A DNA stretch of 64,000 nt from the human T2T-CHM13v2.0 reference genome, Homo sapiens. Positions within the stretch are counted from its first letter, which is position 1. The number at the start of each line of letters is the position of its first letter. The notes beneath the pieces were generated by a model that saw only the letters and a program-made list of their open reading frames with translations, had not been told where the DNA came from and made no database searches. The stretch is taken from the NCBI RefSeq assembly GCF_009914755.1, contig NC_060926.1. The stretch is one strand, 5' to 3'. Position numbers and translations under genes: made by a program. This document shows, piece after piece, positions 49,600-64,000 of this stretch.

Positions 49600-52480
49600 A
49601 ATTCAGCTTTTGTTATAAGTCTTCTGATTGAGACATTCTCATCTTCCCACCATGAAAACGATGTTCTTACCTGCTTCTGCGCCTATTTTCTCCTTTTTCC
49701 CTCCTGTATACTAGAGAAACTGATCTCTCCAGGTGTATGTGAGAGTAGGGGAGAGGTTATTAATAACAATTCAGTATGTGGAAACTGAGACTATTAAAGG
49801 GAAACTAGAAAGTATGGGCATCCTATTTAATATAATTCCTTCTTACCTACTAAAAGACTTCACTTCCCCAGATACTTACTTCCTCCAACATCAATCCCTA
49901 CCCCTCCTCCCTATATCATTCCTATCATCATAAACACATGCTACAATACATTTCCTGGTTTAAAAAAAATGCTCCTATGCCTTTTCCACCCTGTCAGGTA
50001 CAATCTAATCCCACTTCTAGATTTTCTTTAAAATTATATATATATATAAAATTATATAATTATATATATAATTATATCTATAATTATATAATTATATTTA
50101 TATATATAATTATATAATTATATATATATATTTATATATATAATTATATTATATATACACATATACACACACACTATATATTATACAATATATATAATGG
50201 AGCATATGTTATGCAAGTGTACTAAATTGATATGCATATATATATTTTCCTTTTACTAATTCTAATAATTTATATATCTAATATAATTTATATAATATAT
50301 ACTATATAATATATAGATGTATAATATATAATATGTATAATTATATATTATATAAATCATTAGATAAATATATAAATTATATGTCTATATATTTTATACT
50401 ATATATAATATATAGTATAAATATATAATATATAGTATATTGTATATATGTGTAATTTTAAAGAAAATCTAGAAATGGGATTAAATTATATACTATATAT
50501 TATACATTACTTTATATGGTATATTACAACACTATATAACATATTCTATAGTGTATATTATCTATTATATAGTATATTTATATTTATATATTAATATAAA
50601 TAAAATATATAAATATAAATATATATTTATAGTGTATAATATATAATGTATACATAATATATAATATATGCATATATAAGTAATGTATGTATAATATGTA
50701 TAATATACTATATGTAGTATATATAACATACATAATATATAAAATATATTTATAACATTTTATATATTGTAGATATACTATATGTAATGAATAATATATT
50801 GTCCATATATAATTTTAAAGCAAATCTAGAAAAGGGATTACATAAATTTTGTACATACTATATATAATTATAAAGTATATATAATTTATATATAATTATA
50901 TATCAGTATATATAATTATATATGTAATTATATATCAGTATATATAATTATATATAATTATCAATATATATAATTATATATAATTATCAATATATATAAT
51001 TATCAATAGATATATATAATTATATATATAATTATATATATAATTATATATCAGTATATATACTTATATAATTATATATATGTATATATAATTATATGTA
51101 TAAATTATCTATAAGTATATATAACTATAATATATATCAATTATATATACTTATGTATAATTATATATACTGATATATAATTATACATAATTATATATAT
51201 CAATTATATATAATTATGTATAATTATATATACATATATATAATTATATATATAAATTATATGTAATTATATAATTACACTATATATTTGTATATATAAA
51301 TATATACACATATAATTTTAAACACACACATAAAGTATACATACTATACACACACACACAATTTCTACTCTGTTTCCCAGTTTATCTCAACCTACTTCAA
51401 AATTGGTTTCCAAACCATATCTCAACTAAAATCTTTGTTAATCAATTGCCTACTTGTGGACAAATATGATGGATGTTTTTCTGATATTCCCTTACTAGGT
51501 TTTCAACAATGACTCAAACAGATGACCATTTTCTCCTTGAAATACTTTCCTCTCTCTGCTTCAGGAACAGCATGCTCTTCTTTACTTACCACTTTATTCC
51601 TTTGTATTTTCCTTTGTTATATACTTATCTTCATAACTATTCATGTTAAAGTTCTTCTAAGCTCAGTCCTGGGCTGACTTTTCTTTACTTACTCTACCTC
51701 TGCTTAGTGATCTCATTCATTTCTATGACTTTCAAAGTCTCATTTATATTTTGGTGACTCACAGATTTATATTTCTCACTCAGACTTCTTTTTGGAGCTC
51801 TAAATTTATATGTCCAACTTTCCTATTTGAATGTTTCAGATGAATTTCCAAATTTGCATGTTGAAAACAAAACCCATCCATTCCATTCACACTCTACATA
51901 ATCTATTCCCAGTGGTTCCATATTTCAAATAAATGGCACCATCACCACCCATTACAAAGGTTAGAAGTTTAAGATTAATTCTCGACCTTTCTCTTTCCCT
52001 AGCCCTTCATATTTCATGTATTTATGCCAGCTACACCTTCAAAAAATAAATGTGCAATCTGTTCATGTCTTTCTTGGCACCACCTGACCACGTGAGTCCA
52101 AGCCTTTATCTATTGCTTAGACAATAAGAAGAGCTTAATTATTTTTCCGTTTTTTACTTTTGCCGTCCCCAAGTCCACTCTCCATACTTGAACCATATCT
52201 ATGCTTTAACAAAGTTGCAGGAGATTGTGTTCATGATGTGCTTAAGACTTGTTTATGGGCCCTCAGTGCCCTTAGAATAATACCTAAATGGGTTCCCACC
52301 ATCTCCAAGGCCTTCCGTGTTCTGTCCTCGTCTCCTCTTACACCCCTCTGTCCATCACATTTTATTCTGCAGCCCCACTGGCCTTCTGTCAGTTCCTAGA
52401 GTGCTCTACACATTTCCCCAGTGCAAGATACTCAAATGTGTTGCATTTATGGTTCGTTCTACCTGGAATGCTGTTTCTCA
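49600..52480 (+). mobile_element. Long L2 fragment interrupted by the AT-rich tract
   Basis: tctccttgaaatactttcctctct, gtgatctcattcat, aaatggcaccatca, ttctacctggaatgct. Confidence 0.7.
50030..51360. repeat. 1.3 kb AT-rich low-complexity (TATAAT/TA)n tract with nested inverted repeats
   Basis: Direct read; inverted copies of 50006-50040 at 50453-50483 and 50806-50840. Confidence 0.95.
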
Positions 52481-54224
52481 GATCTTTCTTACGTGACAAA
52501 TTGAAAACAATCTAAATGAGCGCCAAAAAGGAAAAGTTTGAATAAATTGTAGCCAAGTCATACTATGACTTCATTTTATGAATACTAACCAGTGTTGAGC
52601 TGTTACAAGGACATGATGGAATCTTACATATTTTTATGAAAAAATGTCCAATCATATTAAGTTTAAAAGCAAGTTGTTTGCAACTTCCTGGATCTACGAT
52701 TACTTCAAAATAGGTTAAAATATGTTGCAGAAAATATGTAAAACGTGTAGTTTATATAAAATGTATAAAAATATGTTTTAAACATGTATAAAAACAAAAA
52801 GCATATGTCTTTATATGTGTTTCTAGAGGCACAATAATAGTAGGAAAAGTTCCATACCAAACTGCTAACAGGAATTACTGCCTCAGTGGCTGTGGGACTG
52901 TGTAATTGAAGGAAAGCTTATGTTTCGTACACTATATACATTTGTTATTTTTTTAACCACAATATTCTTGTATTTATACATGCACACATAACATATGTAG
53001 TTTTACCAAATACATCGATTTTTTTTTACAAGACAAAGTAAATGTCCTTTATATCACTCATAGATTTTTTTGACTAAAAATTCTGTCAAATTCTGGGAAC
53101 TCCCTGAAGCCAGTGGTCTGATAGAAACAAGAGTTATTATTATAAGACTTACATTTCATTTAATTTTTGTCAGTTGAGAGAGCCATAGCCATGGGTCCTT
53201 AAATTCCTTTTCCTTTGTATATATTCTATATGCCTTTCTTACTCTAAAGAATCTGTTATTAACCCATATTAACCTGTGATTTTTATACTATGATATTTGA
53301 GACTGATGAAACAACATTTAAGTTTATGTGCTGTCTCATATCAGCTATAAACTGCATAATTTAAAGACACCTGAACAGGTTTATGTTTTTATAAAGCTCT
53401 TGAAAAGATATTCACTTTAAAAAAATGCATTATGCTTGTATAAATTTCTATGCCCCTATATCTGTTAAATGCAATCAGATCAATCTTATTTCTTTGTGTC
53501 TCCAGCACAGTGCACAAAACTGAATATTCTGACTTTTAGAAAATTTGCCAAGTCCAAATATTTTTATATATAATTAAAATTAGTTAACTGCTGAGGTTAT
53601 ATTTTTTAAAAGTCTAGTATTTTATCAAGATACTTCCAATTCAGTGCCTGTCATAATTTATTACCAAAGCAACCCAGGAAATAAATGTCCTCATAAAATT
53701 AATAATTATGATTTTACATTCATTATAGTGAATAATGATATCTCTTCACTTTTTCTTTTGATCATAGTTGTTAATTTCCCCACAAATTTCCACTTATTTT
53801 GTATTATTTCATATTTACCTATATGAAATGGAATGGTCAGAGCATGGGTAGTGAAATTGAAACCAAAATTACATTCTATAGTTCTATTTGGTGAGTGGTG
53901 GGTTGGTGAGAGGGAGGAGGAGGGGGAGGGGCAGTGATACTCTATCTGCTTCAGTTATTTATCTTAAAGCTATTTCTGTATATTTAACTTTATGGTCAAA
54001 TGATCTATTACATTTTATCTGTACAGAATATTGGAACTTTTTAAATTTTAAAAGTACTAGAGAGATTTTTCACAATAGAATACCAAGTTTCTATGAAATA
54101 AAAGTTTAAAGTTTCATACATCAGGAAGCAGGAGACATAATTATATCTATCAGAAGATTATCTTTGCTAATCTTTTTTTTTTTTTGTCATGGGCTGAGCA
54201 TTTTTCCCTTAATCAGGACTGGAG

Positions 54225-54680
54225 TACAGTATTTGAACTAGGTATCTTCTCATATGCAGTAAACATCCAGGTAATAGCATCAGTCTAAATAAGATAGATT
54301 ATGGGGCAGTAATAAAGTATCATGAAATCTCAGTAACATTACGTTTCACTTCTTACTCATACTTCATGTCCACTGCAGCCCAGCAGAGGGACCCCACGCA
54401 TCATAGCGCCTCTGGGATCCAGAGAAATAGAGCATCCACCATCTTGAACATTGTCAGATGAATAGGAATCTCTGGAGCGTACCATCCTAAAAATTACATG
54501 CACTAACGTAGAAATAAAACATGCCATTATGTTCACAACTCATTGGCCAGAAGTAGTCACATGAGGGGTGCTTTGCTTACCCCTAATCACATGGGGACAG
54601 GTAAATACAATCCCGGCATGAAATGCTGTGGTGAAGAGCCAGAAATACGCAGTGGAGCACATAATGACTGTCTTGGTTTT
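54225..54680 (-). mobile_element. Old MaLR LTR (MLT1J/K-like)
   Basis: tgcagtaaacatcc, cattggccagaagtagtcacatg. Confidence 0.55.
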
Positions 54681-57435
54681 CATGACCAAGAACTCTAAGG
54701 AGCAGAAAAATGTATTTCTTTTTCATATGTGTCTCTTTCCTTGTGTACCCTGAAACAGCAGACACTGATAGCTGGTGGGAGAAGAGGCCTGGGAGTAAAG
54801 GACTCTCTGCAGCTTGCCTTAGGGTTTATTTATTCATGCCAGCATTGAAGCATCCAGATAATACACCAGAATGAATATGATACATGAACAGTTTCCTTTA
54901 GTCTCTTACTATTGGTTACCAAGAGCTTCATGTCCCTTCATTGCCCTTTTCCCCATTTCTAGCTACAGCTCAGCCTTTCAATTGTGCAGTGGTATTAGAT
55001 ATTACAGAATGTTAAGGAAAATGACAGTATTACAATATTCAAGGGAATGGTTTTACATTTATCTACTAAATACGACTTTTCTCAGCCTAGTCCAAGTGAA
55101 AAGTGCCCATTGAACAGTGTTATAATAGTAAATGTTTAACAAATAGGTTTCCAAATAAACCCAGATTTGTAAGGGTTGGTGTAAGTACTCTCACCATGAC
55201 CAATTTTATTCTACGGATGTGCTATCACTAAATACAGAATTGGGAAAAGATGTGCGCAATGGGCTTTTTGGCCAGCTAATAGGAGTCAGCTCCAGCATGA
55301 CACTGAGAGAAATAACTTTCATCATCTTTCTTGGTACATAGCTCAGTTTCCGAAATTACTCTCCATTTTTCATCTCTATCTGCACACCCACAAACACATA
55401 CATACACGTAAACACACACCTCACTAGGGCAAAATCTAATTCTTAAACACAGCATGGAAACTTTCAATAAGAAACAGAAACCTTATCTTAATTGTTTCAT
55501 TATGTTTAAAGCTATCTCTTAAACAATTTACATTAGTATTTTACATCATTATAGCAAGAACAGTTACTTTCCCATGATCACTCTCAACTTACCTCCCCCG
55601 TTCAGATCTCTTCGGAAAAAGAAAAATATTTGACTCCAAACCATATGTGTCTTTATGGCTACTCTTTTTGCTACATACATATCCAGCTAAAGCTTTGATG
55701 GCAGTTTTTGTAAATATACGTGTAACGTAGGTGTTGAGATGGGGGATGGGCATGTTTAATATTTCCATTTGTGTCATGTTGCCCCCTGTGAAGCTCGTGG
55801 ACCACAGCAATGATTCTCTACCTCGTATCCTGACCCTGTGGTCTGACCCACCTTGGTAAACCACTACTCCAGCAGCTAGTCCAGACTCCTTGCTCTTTCC
55901 CAGACAACCACAATCACTCAGATCCTTGTACTTTGCTCATGGAATTATCCTAGTTCTAACATACCCACTTTCATCTGCTTTTCCGACACTTAACAGAGCC
56001 TTATGTACAGCGTTGTCATTGTTACGACACCTCACTTCTGTGATTGTACCTAACTCCCTTTGCAACTGCTTTACATCACACATCTTAAATTTTGCCAAAA
56101 CTTGCTTTATATCATATTTATCAATGTGTTCTATTTGTTTTCTATGCAATGACTTTATGAAAATCTTGCCTTTCCAAAAATTTATGCACTCTTGATATCA
56201 AGCACTGTAATTCTCTTCTATCCCAATAACATTTAGCAAGGAGTTAGGTTGATATCCAATCCTTAAAAAAAAAAATAAAAAGTAAAGTCCATACCAAAAG
56301 TATTACTTACTGTATTTCTTATGTCTTAAAAAAATGATAAACTCGAATTCAGCGTTGCTAACCATTAGAGTGGCAAAATACACTTGAGTACAAGTTAGAA
56401 TTTAATAACTGTTAAGTATTGAATAAATTATGGAAGTAAAATTAACTTAAACATTGATAACTTTAGAAATTTAGTTTATGGATTATTCAATACACTTACT
56501 TCATAAGCTTTTTTTTTAACCTTCATGCCAAGGCAACTTGTTGCCTGACTGGATAGAGGACCACTCTGAAACTAATTTTGTCTTTGTGTCAGTAACCTTT
56601 TTTCTACTTACCTGCAATTATTTCTCTGCCTCTTTGAAAAGCAAAGTATTTAATTATATGGGGAAGCAAGTTTAGCATTCCTAATGGAGAATCTCATGAA
56701 GTAAAAATGTGAGTTCTACTATTCTAGTGCAAGTTAAAATTGCTTGATCTAAATTTTAATCAACAAACATTTATGGGAAGTCTTCAGGAAAGAGGGGGAA
56801 TGGGAAATACGGTTCAAAAGAGATGTCATATGGGACTTTCATTTTTAGAAACTTACTTTTTATCAAACATGCAAAACCATTTATGATGAGAACAAGTACA
56901 CAAGAGCTAAAAAGTTATAAAGGTAAATGATATGTGGCACATCAAGAAAGCTTACATGAAGGCAGTTTTGAACCTTGTTCTGAAGGAGGTAAAATAGATT
57001 TAAAAGAAGTATGTCAAAATTTGAAAATAAACATGGCAGAGGAAGAAAAAAACATAAAACTATTTTAGAGATAAACGAAAAAATAATTGACTATTAGCTA
57101 TTTATAAGATATTTAATGGTGATATTAAATATTGAGTATTATTTATAATACAATTTTTAAAATTCAGACATATTCACTGAAGCACAGAGATCAGGTTGAA
57201 GAGTAAAAGAGATGTGTATGACTAGATTTGGGAATCCAGTACAGGTAAAATTTTCAAGTTCTTATCTGAGAAGATTAAATCAATAATAATCAATATGAAA
57301 TTTTTAAGAGAAAGGTACGACATAAAAATAACATCTAAAAATTATACGATTTATCATCTAATGTAGGATAATTTTATTAAAGATTGAATTAGGAAGCTCC
57401 ATATAAGACTTGTTCATATATTAAACTTCTATTTG

Positions 57436-57512
57436 ATATACATATCAAATATATATAAAATATATATAATATATATTTATCATTTATCATATATATATAT
57501 ATATATATATAT
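57436..57512. repeat. (TA)n-rich microsatellite
   Basis: Direct read. Confidence 0.9.
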
Positions 57513-57704
57513 CTCCCTCTCTTGTTGACACACTTACTCAACACTTACATAATGCCAAGGAAAAACAAAAAAATTTCTTTGTTGAACTGGCATCTATGTT
57601 TTCTTTGTCTTCCTACCTTCACTTTCAGAGAATGCAAAGCTAAATTTAGTGTTTAATCATAGTAATTATTTAAGTCAATTTCTGTTGTGACTATTTCTGC
57701 ATTT

Positions 57705-57813
57705 TATATATATATATGTATATATATATGTATATATATGTATATATATATGTATATATATGTGTATATATATGTATATATATGTGTATATATATATATG
57801 TATATATATATAT
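57705..57813. repeat. (TA)n/(TATG)n compound microsatellite
   Basis: Direct read. Confidence 0.95.
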
Positions 57814-59056
57814 AGTTTTTCTTACTGACATAGGAACTATCTCAAATACATAGTTATTTACATTTTTATATATAATCTTTAAGGAAGATAACATTATAAA
57901 GAGTGAATCTTCACTCACCTCCCCCACAAATACATACTTTTTGTAAGAAAATAGAAACATTTTGCAAGTCATTCACTCTTTCAATGCCCTCATCAGCTCC
58001 ATCCCAGGCACCCAAATTAATTTTAAAAAGCTAATTGTCAGGTTCATTTTGAATAATTACAAGATTTAAAGGCAAAGAGAATATTCTTTTGTTTACCATA
58101 TCTCCCTTTAAATTGTTCTACCTTAAACATAAAATTCATGTAATAGGAAGCAAAACATACTTAAAGTTATCTGTTAAAATGATAGTCCGTATATTCCAGG
58201 TAATCTGACACAATAGCATCATTTAAAAAAATCTAAATAAAATTTGGCTTAATTTGTATTCCTTCCCTTTAGGGGGTAGCCCAACATCATTTGGCAGGCC
58301 TCTCCTCAAATTTTTGGGGAAATAAACTGAAAGCATATGTAGTTGAAGAAAGTGAGCAGGTCTTCCAGTCTTCTGTTATTAGGCAACTTTGTATTCTCTC
58401 ACTTGGTTCATACTTGCATGTTCCATTTGAAAACAGGTATCTCCCAGACAGTACTAGCTACCTCTTTGCTAAACTCAAGGGAGCCCTACAGCTCCAGATC
58501 CCCAGAAATTAGTTTAGAGTCTCCATACACTCATTTCTATGCATGCAGTTCTTTTCACTAATTCATAATTGGAGCATACCTCAATCTGTGTCATTCTAGA
58601 AAAGCTGCCCCTGACTTTCAGTGTCCTGGGATCCAGTCATACTCTCTCAAACCAAACAATCTGCACCATCTTCAACTCTTCTCTTCCGGGAAGCCAGATT
58701 AATATTTTGGTAGGTTTAACCTTTCAAAGCAAAGCTTTCAGCATTTGGTGGCATAGGAATGTGGGGAGAAGTACTACCTCACCAGCAACTAGAATGCATA
58801 TTCCATTAGACAGCTTTTATTTTCTCCATTTTTTTTGTTCACTCTTGTGTGTGCAGTATCAAGGACAGTGACTTGACATATCAGCTACTCAGTAAATATG
58901 TGAAGAAAGGGAGGAATAGAAGGAAGGCCAAAACTCAGACACACAAAGTCATGGTAGTCTGAAGCGTTCATAGCAATGTACAAATTTAATATTTCAATAG
59001 ATGATCTGATTACAATCAAATTTGAAATCGAAAAGATCTTTCAATGTTAGTAGTAT

Positions 59057-59268
59057 AGCGGTTCTTAAGCATAAGAGAATTGCTCAATCGGGGCACACTT
59101 GGAAATGAGTATTGTCAGTTTTGCTCAAGCACAATGACTGGAGGATACTACTAGCATTTAATGCTTCAGGAGCTAAGCGTGCTAAATATGTTGCAATGTG
59201 TAACAAAGTCCTGTACAACGAAGACTTCTTGCACAAATCCAATAGCACTCCAGTTGAAAAATGCTTAG
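59057..59268. mobile_element. MER20-like hAT DNA transposon
   Basis: agcggttcttaa...ttgaaaaatgct termini; cacaatgactgg...ctactagcattta. Confidence 0.55.
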
Positions 59269-60984
59269 GTTTTCCTAACCCATCCTTGTACTTAAGTTCT
59301 CTATATTTAAGCACCATAGAGTGGCCTTCTAGGTTGTAGACCTAGGCCTAAGCACTCCTGATGGAGGGCATACTAATTCCAAGCTTGTTCCTTCCTTTGA
59401 GAGCTCTGATGATCAGAGTGAGGTACAACTGCAGAGTGGAAAGCACAGAGTCAGATGCACATGAGTTTAATAAACACTAGCATTTTTCTTTCCTACCTGT
59501 ATTAACTACATATCTTTGTCTACATAGCTTCCTAATTCTGCATTAATTCTTCTACATTACATCTCATCATCATACAAAGATAGCTTGTATATTCCTATGT
59601 AAATCATCTTTATTCCCAACTAAGCAATCATTATTTTATTTTTCATAATTGTATTTGGCTCCTATCATTCTACTTTGCCTCTTCTTAAGACTTACCGATT
59701 TATGTAAATGCTACTTAAAGCGTAGTGCCCTGAATTAAACCAAATATTCCAGGTGAATCTGAAATTACGTAGAAAAGAGTAAAATTCTCACTTGGATCAT
59801 TCTAGCTATCTGACTACCTTTAATGCTTCTTTTAATTATTTTATCCATTTTTATATTCCTCCCACCTTATTCTTTATTTATGATGTGCCTTATTTATGAT
59901 GTGCTAGACAAAGATCCTTGAGTTGCTCTTTTTCCCACATGTCCTACTACTAAGCCACACTTCTACAGTCTTATGTTTGTAGAGTTCAATTTTTGGACTT
60001 AATTTTATTCTTTTTAATAGATTTTTATTTATTTGACAAAATGTGTATATTTGTTTTGAAATATGTTTACATTGTAGACTGGTCTCAATTTTATTCTTCT
60101 CATTTGATTGAAATCCTTTAATTAGTTCAGTCTGAAAAAAAATGTTTTCTTCAACTAATTTTCTAACCATCTCAGCATTATCTGTAAATGTTATGTATAT
60201 ACAAATCATAAGTTGCTTCAATGAAAACCCAGATAATTTTTATTACAGCAATGCCCAGTGAGAGTCATATGACTGACAAGCCATAGGAGACTATTTCAAA
60301 TGACATACAGTTATTATCTCACCGAGGTACTTATCTAATGATTTTTTTTCCTCAAACAGCCTCTATCACTCCATCTTGGCTGAAAAGACGTTACCTATTT
60401 ATCAAGTATCTAGCTGAGTTCCAAGTATACCTTCCCCCACCATATTGTTCTAGGCCTAACAATTTATGTGTTTTAAAACAAGAGAGGGAAGTTTGACGTG
60501 AATTTGACCCCTGCTATATCCTGGTAATTACTGATTCTTCTCTCTTTGCTGTTCACAAACCATGCTTTTATTGGTGTTTGAGAATCTTGCCTACGATCAA
60601 AGTCCAGTTCACTAGGCTATAGGTTGTAAAAAAACAAACAAACAAAAAAAAAACTTTCAGCACTTTTTAAAAATTAAAGGGTATTTGTCTATCTCCAATC
60701 TTTTTTAGGCTTCTCTCATTATCCTAGATTTTCCATTATTATAAAAAGCAGTTCAGTAATCTTGGCTGGAATTCAGTTGGTTTCCTAAAAATGTAAATAG
60801 TCTGGACCTAGGAGAACAAGCCCATTTCAAGAAATACTGCTCTCTGGGGATGTATTCTCTGGTTTTGGACTTTAGTTCCTTAGTACTAATATAGTTCTGA
60901 CCTTTATACTCTGAAGAGATCTCTTTTTAACTGAAAATGCAGCAGCTAAACAGACAACAAGCAGTCTTGCTTTCTCTGGGTCAT

Positions 60985-61220
60985 CTAGTGTAATGCACTG
61001 ACTAAAAGGCTTTGAAATCACAACACTAGGTTTCCATCAAACTATACCATACCCCACCATTTGCTAGCAGTGTAATCTTGGGCAATTGAGTTACCTTCAC
61101 TGAATTACATTTTTCTCATCTGCAAAGTACAGATAATCGTCCTATCACATATGGTTGCGGTTAAGTATTCACTATTATGAACATCAAGTTCATAACACAG
61201 TGGCTGTCACTTAGACATCA
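60985..61220 (+). mobile_element. MIR SINE
   Basis: ggctttgaaatca...tgtaatcttgggcaattgagttacc...ttttctcatctgcaaa. Confidence 0.75.
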
Positions 61221-63054
61221 TTGCGCTTTTCATCAGTGTTAAATTTAAATGAAACATCGATTTATTCTAATTTATTCTTGATTATCTCCTTGCTTTGCTC
61301 ACACAACTAAATATTAAAATTTTGAATACACTTGACTACATTTTAATCAAAAGAAGATGACATATTTTGTATACTTCTCCGTATTAATGGTAGAGAAAAT
61401 GTTAGCTCACTAGGACATAATTAGGAATATTTGATGGGAATTCCAAAGAATAGAAAAAGACAGCTGAATTGACATCTTGTGGAAACAAAGATGAACTTTG
61501 CCTACTTCTCAATTTTGGCCACATGTTCTTGCTCCTTCATTTGTGCAAGAACAAGATGCTTTGTGCATTGATGATTTGAGTAATAAAAAAAACTGTGAAT
61601 GGTTATAAATTTTGTGGAGAAAAAAATGACTTCAGGAGCCAATATATTAATTTTTAAAACTTGGCACAGGGCTTTATTGTGAAGACTGAAATAAACTGAA
61701 TATTTCCACCTGGAGAGTAATAAGTCAAAATATTTCTAATTCTGCCCTGACCAATATCTTTTCTCTCCTTATTTCAAAGAGAAAAGTAAAATTTTCTGAA
61801 AAAAAAATTTGAATAAAATATTGAGGGTCTCTAGAAGTAGAAGAGTGGGACAACAGGCCAAGATGCAGGAACAGAGGATTCCTTGAAATCTCTTTTGTGA
61901 CGCAATCAAAGAACACTGTTGACTTTGAAAAAGCGATGAAGATTTCAGATCAAATAGGATGGACTGGTCGTACTACCTGTGTTGAAAAAGTTCTTTGTGA
62001 ATGATCCAAAAGAAGTTTAAAGTCTTAATTTTTTTCATTTGAAAATTGAAACAACACCCCTGAGTTTCTCTATCATCTTTTCTCAGTGGCCATACTGTAA
62101 AGGACTGTATTAAAAATGAAGTCCTTGTTGTCCTGCTCTAAGCCTTATGGCATGGAGTTTCCTTAAAGTTGAATTCTAAAAGATCTGTTAATCATATCTA
62201 CATCTATCTACCTACCTATTTCAATCTAATTTTTCTATTAGTAAAAATATAAACATATATACACTTAACTCCCCAGATAATTTTTATGAGTATCTCTTTT
62301 TTTTTCTTTTTTGGCCAGGATTCTTAGACTATGATAAAAATGATACAAAATCACTATTAGGATAAATGAGCTATAGATTCTGATTATTTTTATTTAAGAA
62401 ACAGGCATAATTGTGGTTTTTCAGTCAGTATCTTTTGAACGATGAAGGTTTAATGGGAGAATAAATAATCTACTTGAACAAAGAAAATGGCCCCTGAATG
62501 TTAATATTGTGTTTTTTGTCTTGGCTTTTGTGTGATGAGCCATTTGTAATTTTTAGAAAGCTACTTGGGAGGACAAATGTAATAATGTCTTGAACCCCTA
62601 GGCAGAAAAGCACTATATAATTACATCTTTAAAATAGTATTACCATAGTTTTGTCCTAAAATTTTTGTTACTTACAGGGAAATCTTTTAGTAGGTGAATC
62701 CCCCTGGTTACACTGCTTCTTCCCTTTCTGTCCAGAAGTGTTTTAAATGAGCTGAAAATGGTCTCTCAGTAAAGCAGAGTGTCTCCCGTTAGGAAGCAGC
62801 TGGATTAGGAGCACTTGACCTTTCTGAGTTGGGTATGCAGAAATTGCCAATAAAGATTTTACAGGAAAAGAAAGTGAGCTGACTGAAAATGCTGTCTCTT
62901 AATGCTTTAGATACTTTTGTTTGCTTTATTTGCTCCAATTAACAAGGTTAAACTCTGGAATCTATAACAAAGACAATGCCCTTTTGAAATTGGTATATTT
63001 AGGAATAGGAGTTAGATGATAGTGGTTTGTAAGTGATAAGATTGCTTCTTTCTG

Positions 63055-63310
63055 AAATTATTCATTTCAATAAGTATTAACTGAATATACTTTGTGCTAA
63101 TTACTGACAACATGATGGCAAACAATACCTGAAGGCTATGGTCTAGCAGCAAGACAGATTCTAATCAGAGGTAGTATTGTAATCATTTCAACTACCATGA
63201 AGGAGAAGTACAGCATTATGAGAACATACAGCAGGTGTCCTGATCTCATAGGAGAGGTGGCAGTGGTTAGGGAAGATTTTCCTAAAGAATATCCATCTGA
63301 GTATGTGAAT
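63055..63310 (-). mobile_element. L2 3' fragment
   Basis: ttcatttcaataagtattaactgaata, gtggttagggaagattttcc. Confidence 0.55.
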
Positions 63311-64000
63311 ATTATCTTATTGTCTCATCATTTTTAGCATAAGGCATTTTGCATCTAATCATGTTTTTCTTTGTTCCCCAAATACCTCCTGAGATAGGTT
63401 TAATAACAAATGCTTAATTATAAGACAAGAACAAGAGAAATTACGTTACATTGGAATTTTTCAACCCCCTCTCTAGATTGCTGAGGCATTAAATATGTCT
63501 TGGTTTGGCATTACAAAATATTAATATAATTGGCTCAACGGTGAGCAATTACATTTTACTTCTTAAGAATGCTATTGGAATTAGACTGAGTCCTGCCATA
63601 TTCTTTTTGTTCTCATGTTGTGAATACTAGAAACACCAGCTTTGCTATTATTTTCATCTACTGGTTAAAGATAAGAAAGCCAGTAAGACAGTGTTTTATA
63701 AACAATTCTATGGAATTTTTCCCACATAAAAATAAAACCGAAGTGGTCTCTTATTAGCAGTTTCAGAATGTAGCCAAAAGCTCTTTTTATAGAGACACAG
63801 GTCCTTCAATGCCTGCAAATGCCTCTAGAGTAGACTGCGTTTCACTTGTTCTTGTGGGAAAAGTTTCCATTGCCATTGGACTGGATTATGTCTGTTCCGA
63901 AAATAGTGATGTTCATTTCCGTTTCTGTCATTCAGATATCTTTCATGAGTTTTCCATTTTTAAAACACAAGGCACATGAAAGATGCTATATAAAATCAAA

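Noticed and set aside
54378-54415. CTCF-like CCAGCAGAGGGACC and CCCAGAGGCGCTA; also CCAGGAGGTGGCAC near 24677
   Set aside because: Core mismatches or a missing base, and all lie within repeats; too weak to call.
56531-56546. Short palindrome AGGCAAC-TT-GTTGCCT
   Set aside because: 7-bp arms are expected by chance in 64 kb, and the half-sites are in the reverse arrangement to an RFX X-box.

Overview
Primate (human-like) AT-rich, CpG-poor intergenic or intronic DNA made mostly of transposon relics. Family and subfamily names come from my recall of consensus sequences, not from a database search. Contents: LINE-1 from L1PA2 to ancient L1M, including a near full-length L1PB-type element carrying a nested AluSc and a MER11 (HML-8) solo LTR; four Alus; several MaLR/ERVL LTRs; MER30 and MER20-like DNA transposons; MIR/L2 fragments; microsatellites. 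I find no credible host protein-coding gene, RNA gene or CRISPR array. Listed ORFs are L1/Alu fragments or chance ORFs. I see no evidence of a new biological system. The best observations are structural: (1) a young L1PA2 insertion with both a twin-priming inversion and a 3' transduction carrying its own AATAAA; (2) a 1.3 kb AT-rich tract with two inverted copies of its own flank (PATRR-like); (3) a convergent pair of strong CTCF-like motifs beside an enhancer-like unique block; (4) two diverged local duplications; (5) one TSD bracketing two different L1 subfamilies; (6) back-to-back candidate non-coding exons near 12.6-12.9 kb.
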